NCBI GenBank assembly: GCA_046538485.1
Contig: JBKHIT010000001.1
Span: 1-64,000, forward strand
Length of the DNA: 64,000 nt
From: Candidatus Brocadiia bacterium
GTDB taxonomy: Bacteria > Planctomycetota > Brocadiia > SM23-32
Direction of reading: 5' to 3'
The notes under the pieces are model-generated. The model was not told the origin of the DNA and ran no database searches. It saw only the letters and a list, made by a program, of their open reading frames with translations. Both the position numbers and the translations under genes were made by a program. Positions 37,350-47,294 of this stretch are shown one piece after another (the first letter of the stretch is position 1; the number at the start of each line of letters is the position of its first letter).

Positions 37350-40300
37350 TGGTCTTTCTTCCCTCCCGTAAGAACTTCATTGAGTGCTAATCTCAGATCT
37401 TTCAGAGCGATCGGTTTGGACAAAATTGCATCGACTCCTACCACTGTTTCACCGCGTTCGTGCATAATATCCCCGAACCCCGTCAGCATAATGACGGGTT
37501 TTTCTGGTGCTTTCTTCTTGATCAATTTTGCGAGTTCATCCCCGGCCATTTCTGGCATAGCTCTGTCCACAATCACCAGATCAAACCAATCGGCGTGGAA
37601 TTTCGTCAGTCCCTCGGCGCCATCGGAAGCTGTCTTCACGCTGTGGCCATCGCTCCTGAGGTATTCCGCCACGACTTCTCTGACCCCGTCTTCATCGTCA
37701 ACCACAAGAATATTAACCGGTTGGTCCACACGGACCATTTCCTCGTCCTCGGTTTCGGTTTCTATATTAGAAGCATCTTCACTCATGCGAGGAAAACTCA
37801 ACCGAACACAGGTGCCGATTCCCGGTTCACTTTCAATATCCATATTGCCGCCGTGCCGTTCAACAATCCCATGTAACAAAGAAAGTCCGAGGCCGCTCCC
37901 CGTATCGCCTTTCGTTGAGAAAAAAGGCTCCAAACACCGCCGAAGGGTCTTTTCCTCCATGCCCTCGCCGGTATCCCGCACTTCGAGTTCCACATTCTCC
38001 GCGGTGGATACGGTGTCAAAAGAAATCTTGCCGCCGTCCGACATAGCATCGACACCATTGAATATGAGATTTGCGATCCCCTCACGCAGTTCGGCTTCTT
38101 GTCCGGCAATCTGCGGAAGATTCTGCTCCAGATCCGTCTCAACTTCAATACTGACTCCTTCCGATTCCGCCTGGTCACGCCATCGCGGGGCGGTCAAAGA
38201 TATGCATTCCTCCACAACAGAGTTCAGGTCGACCGCTTCGAATCCTTCCGTCTCATCCCGCTGCCGGTAAAAAGACCGCATCCGCCGGACGGTCTCTCCC
38301 GCATCAGAGGCCGCCTTGCGAATGAGACCGAGGTACCGCTTCGCCTTTTCCCTGTCCTCCAGATTCTGGGGGTTCTCCGTCAGTAACTCGGTAAATCCAA
38401 GAATCTGAGAGAGCGCGTTGTTAAAATCGTGCGCGATACCGCTGGCCATCTCCCCAAGCGCCCGCAGACGTTCCTGCCGGATCACATTCTTTTCGGTCTC
38501 CTGAAGCCGTTCCAACGTCTCAGCAAGTTCTTCATTTGCCTTCTTAAGCTCCCGTTCGGCCTTCTTCTCTTCCGTCACCTCGATCCCAATAGCCACCGAT
38601 CCGATGACATCTCCCGAACCATCTTTCAGGTTGTGCGAATTCCAGCGCATAATGCGCTCTTCGCCCTCTTTGGTCTGGATCGTTGTTTCCAGACCGACTA
38701 CGTCCATTTCGTCCTGGGCCACCTCCTGGGCTCGCTCGACGATTTCGGCCCGGTAGTCGGGATCTGGATAAAGCCATTCCCAAATTTTTCCCTTCCCTTG
38801 CACTTCCTCGCGGGAGTACCCGGTGATATCCTCAGCCGCGTCGTTCCAGAGGATCACGTCGCCGCGCATATCCAGCACTTCGATCCAGACATTCGCGCCG
38901 TTAATGACCGTTTCCTGAAAACTCGCCAGTTCCTGCACCTGTTCCTCGGCTTTCTTGCGTTCCGTCAAATCGAGAAAAACCCCGATCACATACACCGAGT
39001 CCGTATCTTCATCCCGGACAAGAGACATCGATACTTGAACGGGGAACGTGGATCCATCTTTCCGTTCAGCAACGAGTTCCCCCGACCACTCCGCGTTTTG
39101 ACGGGTCTGACGATGGGCCGCGCGAGCGTTCTCGGGATTCTCCCAGAATTCCGACGCCATGTGCCCTATGACCTGGTCACGGTCTTCGTACCCCCACATC
39201 TTCAGCGTGGCGGGATTCGCGAGGATTACTTTCCCCTGAGCATCGATCATCGTGATTCCGTTGATTGATGATTCGATCGCCCGGCTTTGAATCCGCATCT
39301 TATGCTCTGCACGCTTCCGTTCGGTTATATCGTTCTTCGTTGAAATATAGTTGACAATTCTCCCGTCGCTGTCTCTGACAGCGCTGACACTCGCATACGT
39401 GACAATTTCCGTTCCGTCCGGTCGCTCATTCCGGATTTCTCCCTCCCAGGAGCCTTCTTGCCGAACTGTTCCCATTATTTCACTTGTAACACCGTGTGGT
39501 TCTTCACTCACATTGAACTCCGAAACGTGGAGCCCGATCATGTCGTTCCGTTTGTACCCCTGCATCTCGGCCGCCGCCGCATTGGCATATTTTATTCGCC
39601 CTTCGGCATCCGTCATGATCACTGCCTCCTGTGCCATCTCAACCGCCTGAAGGAGTCTTTCCTTTTCCGCAGTGACCTGTTTCCGTTCCGTTATGTCCGT
39701 AATAATACCCTCGAGAAACACCGGTTCTTCCCCGGCCGGACTGACAGCGCAGCCCTGTTCCCACACCCATCTTTCGTTCCCGTCCCGACCAATAATCCGA
39801 TATTCGAGTTCGAACTTTCGATCTTCCTGGACGGCTTCCTGCACACAATTCCAAACCCGCTCACGGTCATCAGGATGTATGAGGTCCCCATAAAGCACCT
39901 CACATCCCAACATCAGTTCCGTGGCCTCGTAACCCGTGATTTCCGCCGCGGCATCGCTGCAAAACTCCATCGACCATCCGGGCTCGTTGTAACATCGGTA
40001 GGCCATCCCCGGTAGACTGTTGACCAGAGCATCCATGCGTCCTTTGCTTTCGCGTAGAGCATCATCCGTGAGGGCTTTGCCCCGAGCGAATCCCAGATCC
40101 TGTGCTATTTCATCCGGTTCGTATCCCGTCATATCCGTCCAGGCTTTGTTAATCGTCACCACTTCCCCGTCTTCCGCGTGAACCATAATCGGGAACGGGG
40201 CTTCTTTGACAGTCCGTTCAAACCGGTCGGGAAGCGCATTATCACCGTGGTCTGTGCCCGCCGATTGCGCCTCACGTTTCACGGCTTCAACCAGGCGTTC

Positions 40301-40639
40301 TGAATCCCCCCGGACAACGACATCGGACACCCCCGCCCGCATCCAGTCCGCCGTCTGTGCTTCACCCACTGGTTTCGTTGCAACAATAAAGGGTAACTTC
40401 CGGTCGGCATTTCGAACCTTTTGGAGCGCCTCCTGCACGTCTAAGCCAGACATCGAAGCATCAAACAAAGCGATATCCCAACCCTTTTCCCGGAGGGCTG
40501 CATCCAGTTTTTCTGGATTCTCCGCACATCCCCCGTCGATCTCACGGTCCGCACCGGCCAATTCGCCCATGATCCGACGCACATCCTCCTCTGAATCCGC
40601 AATAAGCAGAATACTGAGCCGGTTGAGCTGGTTTTTCAT
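37346..40639 (-). CDS. Hybrid sensor histidine kinase 3 (REC-like, multiple PAS, HisKA, HATPase, REC)
   Basis: N-terminal REC-like domain, one truncated and four complete PAS domains (DITERK/DLTERK-type ends), IAHDFNNAL, PFFSTK, GSGLGL, C-terminal REC. Confidence 0.95.
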   Translation of the reverse strand: MKNQLNRLSILLIADSEEDVRRIMGELAGADREIDGGCAENPEKLDAALREKGWDIALFDASMSGLDVQEALQKVRNADRKLPFIVATKPVGEAQTADWMRAGVSDVVVRGDSERLVEAVKREAQSAGTDHGDNALPDRFERTVKEAPFPIMVHAEDGEVVTINKAWTDMTGYEPDEIAQDLGFARGKALTDDALRESKGRMDALVNSLPGMAYRCYNEPGWSMEFCSDAAAEITGYEATELMLGCEVLYGDLIHPDDRERVWNCVQEAVQEDRKFELEYRIIGRDGNERWVWEQGCAVSPAGEEPVFLEGIITDITERKQVTAEKERLLQAVEMAQEAVIMTDAEGRIKYANAAAAEMQGYKRNDMIGLHVSEFNVSEEPHGVTSEIMGTVRQEGSWEGEIRNERPDGTEIVTYASVSAVRDSDGRIVNYISTKNDITERKRAEHKMRIQSRAIESSINGITMIDAQGKVILANPATLKMWGYEDRDQVIGHMASEFWENPENARAAHRQTRQNAEWSGELVAERKDGSTFPVQVSMSLVRDEDTDSVYVIGVFLDLTERKKAEEQVQELASFQETVINGANVWIEVLDMRGDVILWNDAAEDITGYSREEVQGKGKIWEWLYPDPDYRAEIVERAQEVAQDEMDVVGLETTIQTKEGEERIMRWNSHNLKDGSGDVIGSVAIGIEVTEEKKAERELKKANEELAETLERLQETEKNVIRQERLRALGEMASGIAHDFNNALSQILGFTELLTENPQNLEDREKAKRYLGLIRKAASDAGETVRRMRSFYRQRDETEGFEAVDLNSVVEECISLTAPRWRDQAESEGVSIEVETDLEQNLPQIAGQEAELREGIANLIFNGVDAMSDGGKISFDTVSTAENVELEVRDTGEGMEEKTLRRCLEPFFSTKGDTGSGLGLSLLHGIVERHGGNMDIESEPGIGTCVRLSFPRMSEDASNIETETEDEEMVRVDQPVNILVVDDEDGVREVVAEYLRSDGHSVKTASDGAEGLTKFHADWFDLVIVDRAMPEMAGDELAKLIKKKAPEKPVIMLTGFGDIMHERGETVVGVDAILSKPIALKDLRLALNEVLTGGKKDQ

Positions 40640-40688
40640 TGTCTTAATAAACAGTTAATAAGGCCTACAACAGCCCGGGGATTGTATT

Positions 40689-41237
40689 CTATTCCGCGTT
40701 GCCTAAAGCTGTTTTGACAGCACGCAACAACTGTTTTTTAGAGGCCGGTTTTGAGACCACCGTCACCGGCGAATGTTCCAGAGCCTTCGCCATGAGCTCG
40801 CTGTCCGGATAGCCAGTATGGATGATGACGGGTAGATCGTCGTACAGCTTATGCGCCTCTTTCATGACCCATGGACCGGGCATATCTGGCAACTTCAAAT
40901 CCAGAACAACCACGTCCGGTTGGTCATTTTCAAGCAATTCAACCGCTTCAGCAGCTTTCGAAGCACACACCACACGGTAATCTGCCTCTTCCAGGACATC
41001 CTCGAGCAGTTCTCGGATGCCCGGCTCATCGTCAACGACCAGAATTTCTTTCCGCAACGAGACCCGCGATTGATCCCGCGCCCAGCGGCGCAGCTCAGCA
41101 ATGTCGAAGCGCCAGGATCGCCCGGCTTTATATGCCGGCACTTTTCCCTCCCGTGCAAATCGCCTCAGAGTTTCTTCATGCAAACCCAGAAAACCCGCCG
41201 CGCTTTGGGTATCGATAAGCTCACCTTGGGATATCAT
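40689..41237 (-). CDS. Excisionase-type HTH (HTH_17) plus receiver domain regulator
   Basis: TQSAAGFLGLHEETLRRFAREGKVPAYKAGRSWRF followed by REC (VVDDE, VVLDLKLP, SKP); ATG 41237 after GGAG. Confidence 0.9.
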   Translation of the reverse strand: MISQGELIDTQSAAGFLGLHEETLRRFAREGKVPAYKAGRSWRFDIAELRRWARDQSRVSLRKEILVVDDEPGIRELLEDVLEEADYRVVCASKAAEAVELLENDQPDVVVLDLKLPDMPGPWVMKEAHKLYDDLPVIIHTGYPDSELMAKALEHSPVTVVSKPASKKQLLRAVKTALGNAE

Positions 41238-41324
41238 ATCAGGTTCTCCGTCCCTGGCTGTGATCGAACGTTTATTTGCTATATTATACATCTTTATATA
41301 TTTAATGATTGTATTATATTGTGT

Positions 41325-41353
41325 ATAATAGCACACATCAGGCCCGCCGTCAA
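41325..41353 (-). promoter_or_regulatory. Putative sigma70 promoter of the HTH-REC/kinase/HD-GYP operon
   Basis: Minus strand TTGACG-N17-TATTAT with extended -10 TG and an upstream A-tract. Confidence 0.7.
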
Positions 41354-41567
41354 CACTTTTTTTACCCTTGAAACATTCGCATTTTATGTGTTTTTCGGCC
41401 ACGTATGCACAGCACCTCAAAACTTGCTGGCTGGTTTGGCCGTACGTCAGTTCAGCTAACCAACGCTCTCTCCTTGACAGACATTCTTTCGACGTTCAGT
41501 ATTATTCTCACGGTCAGTAGTATGCTGCTTCCCGCTTATACACAACAACCCGGCGAGGAGATTAAAT

Positions 41568-42866
41568 ATGAGTCTGGACTTCGAAACAAAACTCCCCGAT
41601 GATCAGGCCCCGCTCTATGGCATCTTAGAATGGCAGTGCTGGTACGGACATTACGATATCATCGATTTTGATCCCGAAACAGTGGTCGATGAATGCATTG
41701 ACGCGCATCTTAACGTCGGGTTCAATCATCTTGTCTGGAACGCGGGCCGTTCCACCATCGATTACCATTCCGACCTGCCGAATACCACCCTCATGCGCCA
41801 TGTCGAAGGTCCTGATGAGAATGCAGCCGGAGTTGTCGCACGCGCGGTTTTCAACGTCCAGTGTCCCCTCCGCCGCGCCCTCGAACGATGCCGTAAAGAA
41901 AACGTGCCTTTCATCGCACGGCTCTGCATGAACCGTCATTACGGGGCCGACCGGCGTCCGGAAATTACGTCCCGATTCGCCGCCGAACATCCCGAATACC
42001 AGGAGCGCGACCGCGCTGGCAATACCATCACCAGCAAACTCTGCTATGCCATCGCCCACGTGCGGCAGGAACGCATCGATATCCTCCTGGAACTGCAGCG
42101 GATCGGCGTCGATGCCCTTCTGCTGGATTTTTGCCGCCAGATGCCGCATTTGCGATACCACGATGAGCTGGTCGATCCTTTTGTTGAGCAGACGGGCACG
42201 GACCCGCGTGAAATTAACTCTGCGGATCCAGATGATTTCCGACATTGGTACCGGTATCGTGCCGAAATTATGACAGGCTTTATGCGGAAGCTGCGGAGCG
42301 AAGTGCGTGCTCAGGAAAAGGAACTCCAAAAGAAGTGCCCCATCATCGCGCGTGTCCCCGACGGCAGCGAATGGCTGATGCTGGCGTATGGACTCGACCT
42401 TCCCCGGTGGTTCTCCGAAGATTTGATTGATGCGACCATGCTCAGTCCGTTCCCCATCACCAAACAGGATCTCAAGCGGCATTTCCGTGAGCACGCCGAA
42501 TTGGCACACGAGCACGGGAAAGATTGTATCGGAGGTCTCGGATCGATGGGTCTGTTCCAGCACAACAATATGAGTCGGCGTCGCGATATTGAATATAAGC
42601 CGAAACACGCCTACGAACTGCTCGCCCAGCAATACGATGCCGGTGTCGATTCCATTAGCATTTACCAGACGGAAACCCTCGCACGAATGGGTTATCTTCA
42701 GGACCTGATGCTGGAAGCAGGTACTCCGGAAACGGTCATCGGCCGCGCGGACGAATTGCCGGGCAAGAGCCGGAGCGACACCAGCCCCGTTGGAGTCGAT
42801 TGGCATTCTTTCCCGAACGGCCTGTACGGCGTCGGCACGAGCGTTGAGGCCCAGCAGTCCCTCTGA
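41568..42866 (+). CDS. Hypothetical glycoside hydrolase-like TIM-barrel protein (GHL10/DUF187-like)
   Basis: SRFAAEHPEY, LCYA...VRQE, GVDALLLDFCR, GLDLPRW...LID pattern; GAGGAG RBS. Confidence 0.6.
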   Translation: MSLDFETKLPDDQAPLYGILEWQCWYGHYDIIDFDPETVVDECIDAHLNVGFNHLVWNAGRSTIDYHSDLPNTTLMRHVEGPDENAAGVVARAVFNVQCPLRRALERCRKENVPFIARLCMNRHYGADRRPEITSRFAAEHPEYQERDRAGNTITSKLCYAIAHVRQERIDILLELQRIGVDALLLDFCRQMPHLRYHDELVDPFVEQTGTDPREINSADPDDFRHWYRYRAEIMTGFMRKLRSEVRAQEKELQKKCPIIARVPDGSEWLMLAYGLDLPRWFSEDLIDATMLSPFPITKQDLKRHFREHAELAHEHGKDCIGGLGSMGLFQHNNMSRRRDIEYKPKHAYELLAQQYDAGVDSISIYQTETLARMGYLQDLMLEAGTPETVIGRADELPGKSRSDTSPVGVDWHSFPNGLYGVGTSVEAQQSL

Positions 42867-43070
42867 GCAAATCGAAGACGTATAGGGCATACGACCATGT
42901 ATTGTTCCCGTCCCCGCATTCATCTTCCGTTTGGATCAGCGGCAGATCGGGCCATGCCCGGTGCACGCGCTGGATCAAACCTTTGCCGGTCCAATGGAAT
43001 CCCATACCGTCGATATAACGACGGGCTTCGGGATCTTTCATAATCAGATGGGGAATACGCGCGTAACTGT
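42867..43070 (-). pseudogene. GH30 (glucosylceramidase-like) gene fragment
   Basis: DPEARRYIDGMGFHWTGKGLIQRVHRAWPDLPLIQTEDECGDGNNTWSYALYVFDL; only ~65 codons, both ends missing. Confidence 0.65.
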
Positions 43071-43369
43071 GCGGCGGAGGCAGAGGGGAGATTGCATTTC
43101 GGGCTTCGCCGGGGAGTTTTGTATGCAGGCACCTACGGCGGCGGGCTCTGGAAGGTCATTCGAAACTGAAGACCTGCCGCCACGAAAATGACATTTTGGC
43201 ATATTCAGTCAAAGATGTTTGCAAAACGCCCATCCGCACCACTACCCTGAGCAACCGAGCCGGGCTCAGCAGACCATTTGAAAACCCGGCGTCAAACCGA
43301 CAATCTGGATGCTCGGCCAACCTGGCAACGAATCGCATTCGCCTATCCAACAGACCGAGGAACGGTCTC

Positions 43370-44854
43370 ATGGAACAACCTAATTTCGTGTTCATAATGA
43401 CCGATACGCAAGGAGCTGACGTCGTCGGGTGCTACGGTCAGGACGGCGTTCAGACCAACAATCTGGGGCGTCTCGCCTCACAAGGTGCCCGTTTCGAACG
43501 TGCCTACACGACCTGCCCGCTCTGCACCCCGGCCCGCGGCGGAATTTTCACGGGCCTCACACCCAGCGTTAATGGAGCCCACACGAACAACATGGCTCCG
43601 GGCCGTAATATCCGGACGATGGGGCATTATTTCCGGAGACTCGGCTACCGAACCGCCTATATCGGCAAGTGGCATCTCGACGGTCTCGATTATTTCGATA
43701 GTGGCATTTGCCCCGAAGAATGGGAAGAGGAATACTGGTTTGATGGCCGACGGTATCTCAGCGAACTGACGGACGAGCAGACGGCTTTGTGGCGACAGGG
43801 ACTGAAAAGCATCGAGGCGCTACGAGAGAATAACATCGGCCCCGATTTCACCTGGGCCCATAGATCCGGAGACCGCGCGATACAGTTCCTTGAAAACGTT
43901 GAGGATAATCCTTTCCTGCTGGTTGTCTCCTACGACGAACCTCACGGCCCTCACACCTGCCCGGCGGAGTATGTGGAACAATTCGAGGATTTCGCAAAAC
44001 CCATCGGCCCGCCTGCACACGATACCCTCGAAAATAAACCGGCCCATCAGAAAGAATGGGCCGAACGCGTCGGCCGAGATCCCGAACAGGAGTCCTATCG
44101 GAATCCCCTCTACTTCGGATGTAATTCTTTTGTGGACGACGAGATCGGGCGGATTCTCAATGCGATTGATCGTCTGGCGCCCGAAAACACGTACGTCATC
44201 TACACCTCCGATCACGGCAGTATGCAGGGGGCCCATCGCTTGGATTCAAAAGGCCCGGTCATGTACGAAGAGATCACTCATATTCCGCTGATCATTCGCT
44301 GCCCTGAGGCCGAAGATGAACACGTCATAAGAAGTCCCGTCAGCCATCTGGATCTTCTCCCGACAATGCTTGATATCGCCGGAGAAGAGATTCCACCGTT
44401 ACTTCAGGGCAAGAGTTTGCTTCCCGAACTGCACGGTCAGAAAAGCGAAACTACTGCGGCGGAACGCAACATCATGATTGAATTTACACGATACGCCATT
44501 AACCACGATGGCTGGGGAGGCTATCAGCCGGTACGGAGTCTGGTGAAAGGAAAATACAAACTGGTTTTGAATCTCCTCCACACGGACGAACTTTACGATT
44601 TAGAGAAGGACCCCGACGAACTCGAAAACCTGATTGATGATCCGGGCTCGGAGGATCTTCGCCGGAGGCTTCACGAAGAGCTGCTCGCAGAAATGGACCG
44701 CCTTCGCGATCCGTTCCGCGGTCCCTGCTGGGAACGCCAGCCCTGGTGTGACACCCGAAACAAAAAATGGCAGGGCCCAAGACGTCCGCGTCCTTGCAGC
44801 CTTTTCGAACCGATCAGTTACGATTACGGCACCGGCAGGCCTCACGACGGGTAA
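43370..44854 (+). CDS. yidJ: Sulfatase, YidJ-like
   Basis: PNFVFIMTDTQ, CTPAR, GKWHLDGLDYF, WFDG..YLSELT, FTWAHR, VSYDEPH; follows E. coli YidJ motifs as I recall them. Confidence 0.88.
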   Translation: MEQPNFVFIMTDTQGADVVGCYGQDGVQTNNLGRLASQGARFERAYTTCPLCTPARGGIFTGLTPSVNGAHTNNMAPGRNIRTMGHYFRRLGYRTAYIGKWHLDGLDYFDSGICPEEWEEEYWFDGRRYLSELTDEQTALWRQGLKSIEALRENNIGPDFTWAHRSGDRAIQFLENVEDNPFLLVVSYDEPHGPHTCPAEYVEQFEDFAKPIGPPAHDTLENKPAHQKEWAERVGRDPEQESYRNPLYFGCNSFVDDEIGRILNAIDRLAPENTYVIYTSDHGSMQGAHRLDSKGPVMYEEITHIPLIIRCPEAEDEHVIRSPVSHLDLLPTMLDIAGEEIPPLLQGKSLLPELHGQKSETTAAERNIMIEFTRYAINHDGWGGYQPVRSLVKGKYKLVLNLLHTDELYDLEKDPDELENLIDDPGSEDLRRRLHEELLAEMDRLRDPFRGPCWERQPWCDTRNKKWQGPRRPRPCSLFEPISYDYGTGRPHDG

Positions 44855-44874
44855 GGGGCTGTAGCGGTGTCGGT

Positions 44875-44902
44875 TTGCGTAAAACCCAAAAGCTGCTATA
44901 CT
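44875..44902 (+). promoter_or_regulatory. Putative promoter of trxA
   Basis: TTGCGT-N16-TATACT with extended -10 TG. Confidence 0.45.
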
Positions 44903-45001
44903 CTGTGGTCTGTGAATCGTCTCTGTCTGTATTATCCCGTTGACAGAAAAAGCAGCGGAATAACTGCAAAGGGCCTGCCCTAAGAAAATAAGGAGTGCCC
45001 C

Positions 45002-45355
45002 GTGGAACCCTTGACAAAAGAAAGTTTTACGGAAAAGATTTTCGATTATGAACAAAATGAGGAGTGGCAATTTGAAGGTGAATTGCCATGCATTATTGAT
45101 TTTTATGCCGACTGGTGTGGACCGTGTAAAATGGTTGAACCAGTGTTAGAGGAACTTGAGGAAGAATACGAAGAGGCAATCAATATCTACCGCGTCGACA
45201 TTGAGGCTGAGCAAGAATTGGCTGCCATTTTTGGTATCCAGAGTATTCCCAGCATGCTTTTTGTGCCCATGGATGATCAGCCCCAAATGGCAAAGGGCGC
45301 TTTACCGAAAGAAGCTCTGGAAAACGCTATAAAAGACGTTCTGAAGGCTGAATAA
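45002..45355 (+). CDS. trxA: Thioredoxin
   Basis: DFYADWCGPCK, GIQSIP; GTG start after AAGGAG. Confidence 0.95.
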   Translation: MEPLTKESFTEKIFDYEQNEEWQFEGELPCIIDFYADWCGPCKMVEPVLEELEEEYEEAINIYRVDIEAEQELAAIFGIQSIPSMLFVPMDDQPQMAKGALPKEALENAIKDVLKAE

Positions 45356-45381
45356 ACCGTTTTGCCCTTCAGAACCTTTCC

Positions 45382-46308
45382 TTATCCCGCCCATTTAATC
45401 TGACACAAAACGGCCTTATGATCTGAAATCCTGTCCGGTAACACTGTATACGACTGGAAAATGAGTTCTGGCGAAAGCAAAATCCAATCCAGTCTTTTGC
45501 CCGATGCGGGAAAAGTACCGAGCCCTTCCTTCTCAGCCCGATAAGCTTTCAATTCGAGCGCTTCGGTTAGCAAGCGGAGCGCGCTGTTTCCCTCGTCCCA
45601 CCCGCAGTTAAAATCCCCCGTCACAACCAGCGGCCGTTCCTGTTGCGCCAGTAGATCGACCAATTCCCTGGCCTGGCTTCGTCGCACAGACGCACGAATA
45701 CAATCGAGATGAACGGACACCACATCAATCGTGCGATCGGGGTGGTTTGGCCAGGAAACCGTTGCGATCGTACACCCTTTGCAAAACGCCGGCGGAGCAG
45801 GCGAAAATGTATGCGAAAGGGCATCGCGCACCGGAAGATTTGAAATGCATGCCGTCCCGTATTGCAAACCCAAACCGCTGACCTGTTCGGCGCGCACGTG
45901 TCGTTGAAAGCCGCTTTTCTCAGCAAGCATCGCCACGTGATCGAAATCCCCACTCCAAAACGAAGGGCCGTCCGTCTCTTGAAGGGCCACGAATTGTGGT
46001 CTCCGTTCGCGGATAACGTTCGCAATTCGGTCTATATTGTCTCTTACGGTTTGGGTACGTTTGAATAACGGGGTAAAAGAGTTCCCCGCTCCGTGAGCAG
46101 TATTCAATGTCATAACGGACAAAATCGATTCGGCGGGGTTATCCAGGTTTCTGGTGGAAGGAAAAGAACTTATTTTGTGGATTTTCAAGCGCTTTGTGCG
46201 CGGGCCCGAAATCCAGAAAGGCAATCGCAGGATTACGCCGCTCGTGATCATGAGGAACCCCACAGCGCTGATCAAAAGGTATTTTTTTTTCGTGGTAAAA
46301 TGAAGCAT
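45382..46308 (-). CDS. Endonuclease/exonuclease/phosphatase (EEP) family protein
   Basis: VMTLN, VALQE, SVHLD, GDFN, RLDWIL, SDH; N-terminal anchor. Confidence 0.9.
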   Translation of the reverse strand: MLHFTTKKKYLLISAVGFLMITSGVILRLPFWISGPRTKRLKIHKISSFPSTRNLDNPAESILSVMTLNTAHGAGNSFTPLFKRTQTVRDNIDRIANVIRERRPQFVALQETDGPSFWSGDFDHVAMLAEKSGFQRHVRAEQVSGLGLQYGTACISNLPVRDALSHTFSPAPPAFCKGCTIATVSWPNHPDRTIDVVSVHLDCIRASVRRSQARELVDLLAQQERPLVVTGDFNCGWDEGNSALRLLTEALELKAYRAEKEGLGTFPASGKRLDWILLSPELIFQSYTVLPDRISDHKAVLCQIKWAG

Positions 46309-46350
46309 TTTTCAGTCACCGGTCCAGCATATCAATTGGTATTGATCGGT

Positions 46351-47169
46351 TCAGCGGAAAATCATGCCAGCATATCCGACCACATAATTACCGCGTCCCT
46401 GAGGCGAATCAGCGCTGGTAGCCCGTGCTACCAGCTCGCCTTCAGAACCACCGCGCGCCTCCACGCTTATCATCATCGCCGCTGCCGGTGAGACGCCGCA
46501 CATGGTGATATCTTTTTCGTCGCAGACCTCAATCAGCCCTTCTGGAGCAAGCTGTTCCATTCGCTCAATTGCGATCGGATCGTGTTCATTAACCGTTTCA
46601 AGCGCATTTCTGCCCTGTTCATGGGACATATCGCTACTCGCCACGACAAGCGTATCCGACTTTTCCTGTTCCTTGAGACAATCTGCTATGCCGTTTCCGA
46701 GCTTTTGAATCTCTGTTTTTCCAGCGCTCGGTGTAATACAGATTACCACAATTTTTACGTCGGGGCGATGGTACTGCAAAAACGGCACGACCACCTCTCC
46801 CGAATGTTCAGGCAAATGCGGTCCATCATCCGGGGCCACAACATCAAGCTCGGCCAGAGCAGCATTCAGATTTTCGTCCAGCTCAACTGTACCGAGCGGT
46901 GTTTTCCAGGCCCCGTCTGACCAGAGAGCGCACGGAGGTCGGAAGGCATTGTGGCTGGGATTCAGCACCACCACGGTCGGGGTAACCTCGGCCTTTGCAA
47001 AAACTTTTCCGGCTGTCGGGCCAGAAAAAACGTATCCAGCATGGGGAGAAAGCGCGCCCAATACCTTTTCCCTTTGCCCCCCGTCCGGAGTATATTTCTC
47101 AATTGCCGAGCGGAGTTGATCGGGATCAGATGGGTAGAACTGCCCTTCTACTACCGGGCTGCGCACCAT
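46351..47169 (-). CDS. amrB: MEMO1-family protein (AmmeMemoRadiSam protein B)
   Basis: RSPVVEGQFYP, SPHAGYVFSG, PSH, EHSGEV..PFLQ, ASSDMSH, TMCG, VVGYA; AAGGAG RBS. Confidence 0.92.
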   Translation of the reverse strand: MVRSPVVEGQFYPSDPDQLRSAIEKYTPDGGQREKVLGALSPHAGYVFSGPTAGKVFAKAEVTPTVVVLNPSHNAFRPPCALWSDGAWKTPLGTVELDENLNAALAELDVVAPDDGPHLPEHSGEVVVPFLQYHRPDVKIVVICITPSAGKTEIQKLGNGIADCLKEQEKSDTLVVASSDMSHEQGRNALETVNEHDPIAIERMEQLAPEGLIEVCDEKDITMCGVSPAAAMMISVEARGGSEGELVARATSADSPQGRGNYVVGYAGMIFR

Positions 47170-47294
47170 AACAATCTCCTTTTTCACATAAGTTCTATCA
47201 GAGGAACTCCGAAAACTTCGAGACTGGCCAGGCTGCATGCTCACTGGCATCAAATTGCATTTTAACACCCGCGCCCGCATTTTGAAAAATATTT

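Noticed and set aside
36597..38270. 557-aa plus-strand ORF
   Set aside because: Antisense shadow of the HD-GYP and kinase 3 genes; no recognisable motifs.
40689..41237. Excisionase as evidence of a prophage or ICE
   Set aside because: The HTH is fused to a receiver domain and no integrase, att site or phage gene is present.
41625..42923. 432-aa minus-strand ORF
   Set aside because: Shadow of the plus-strand gene, which has the RBS and family motifs.
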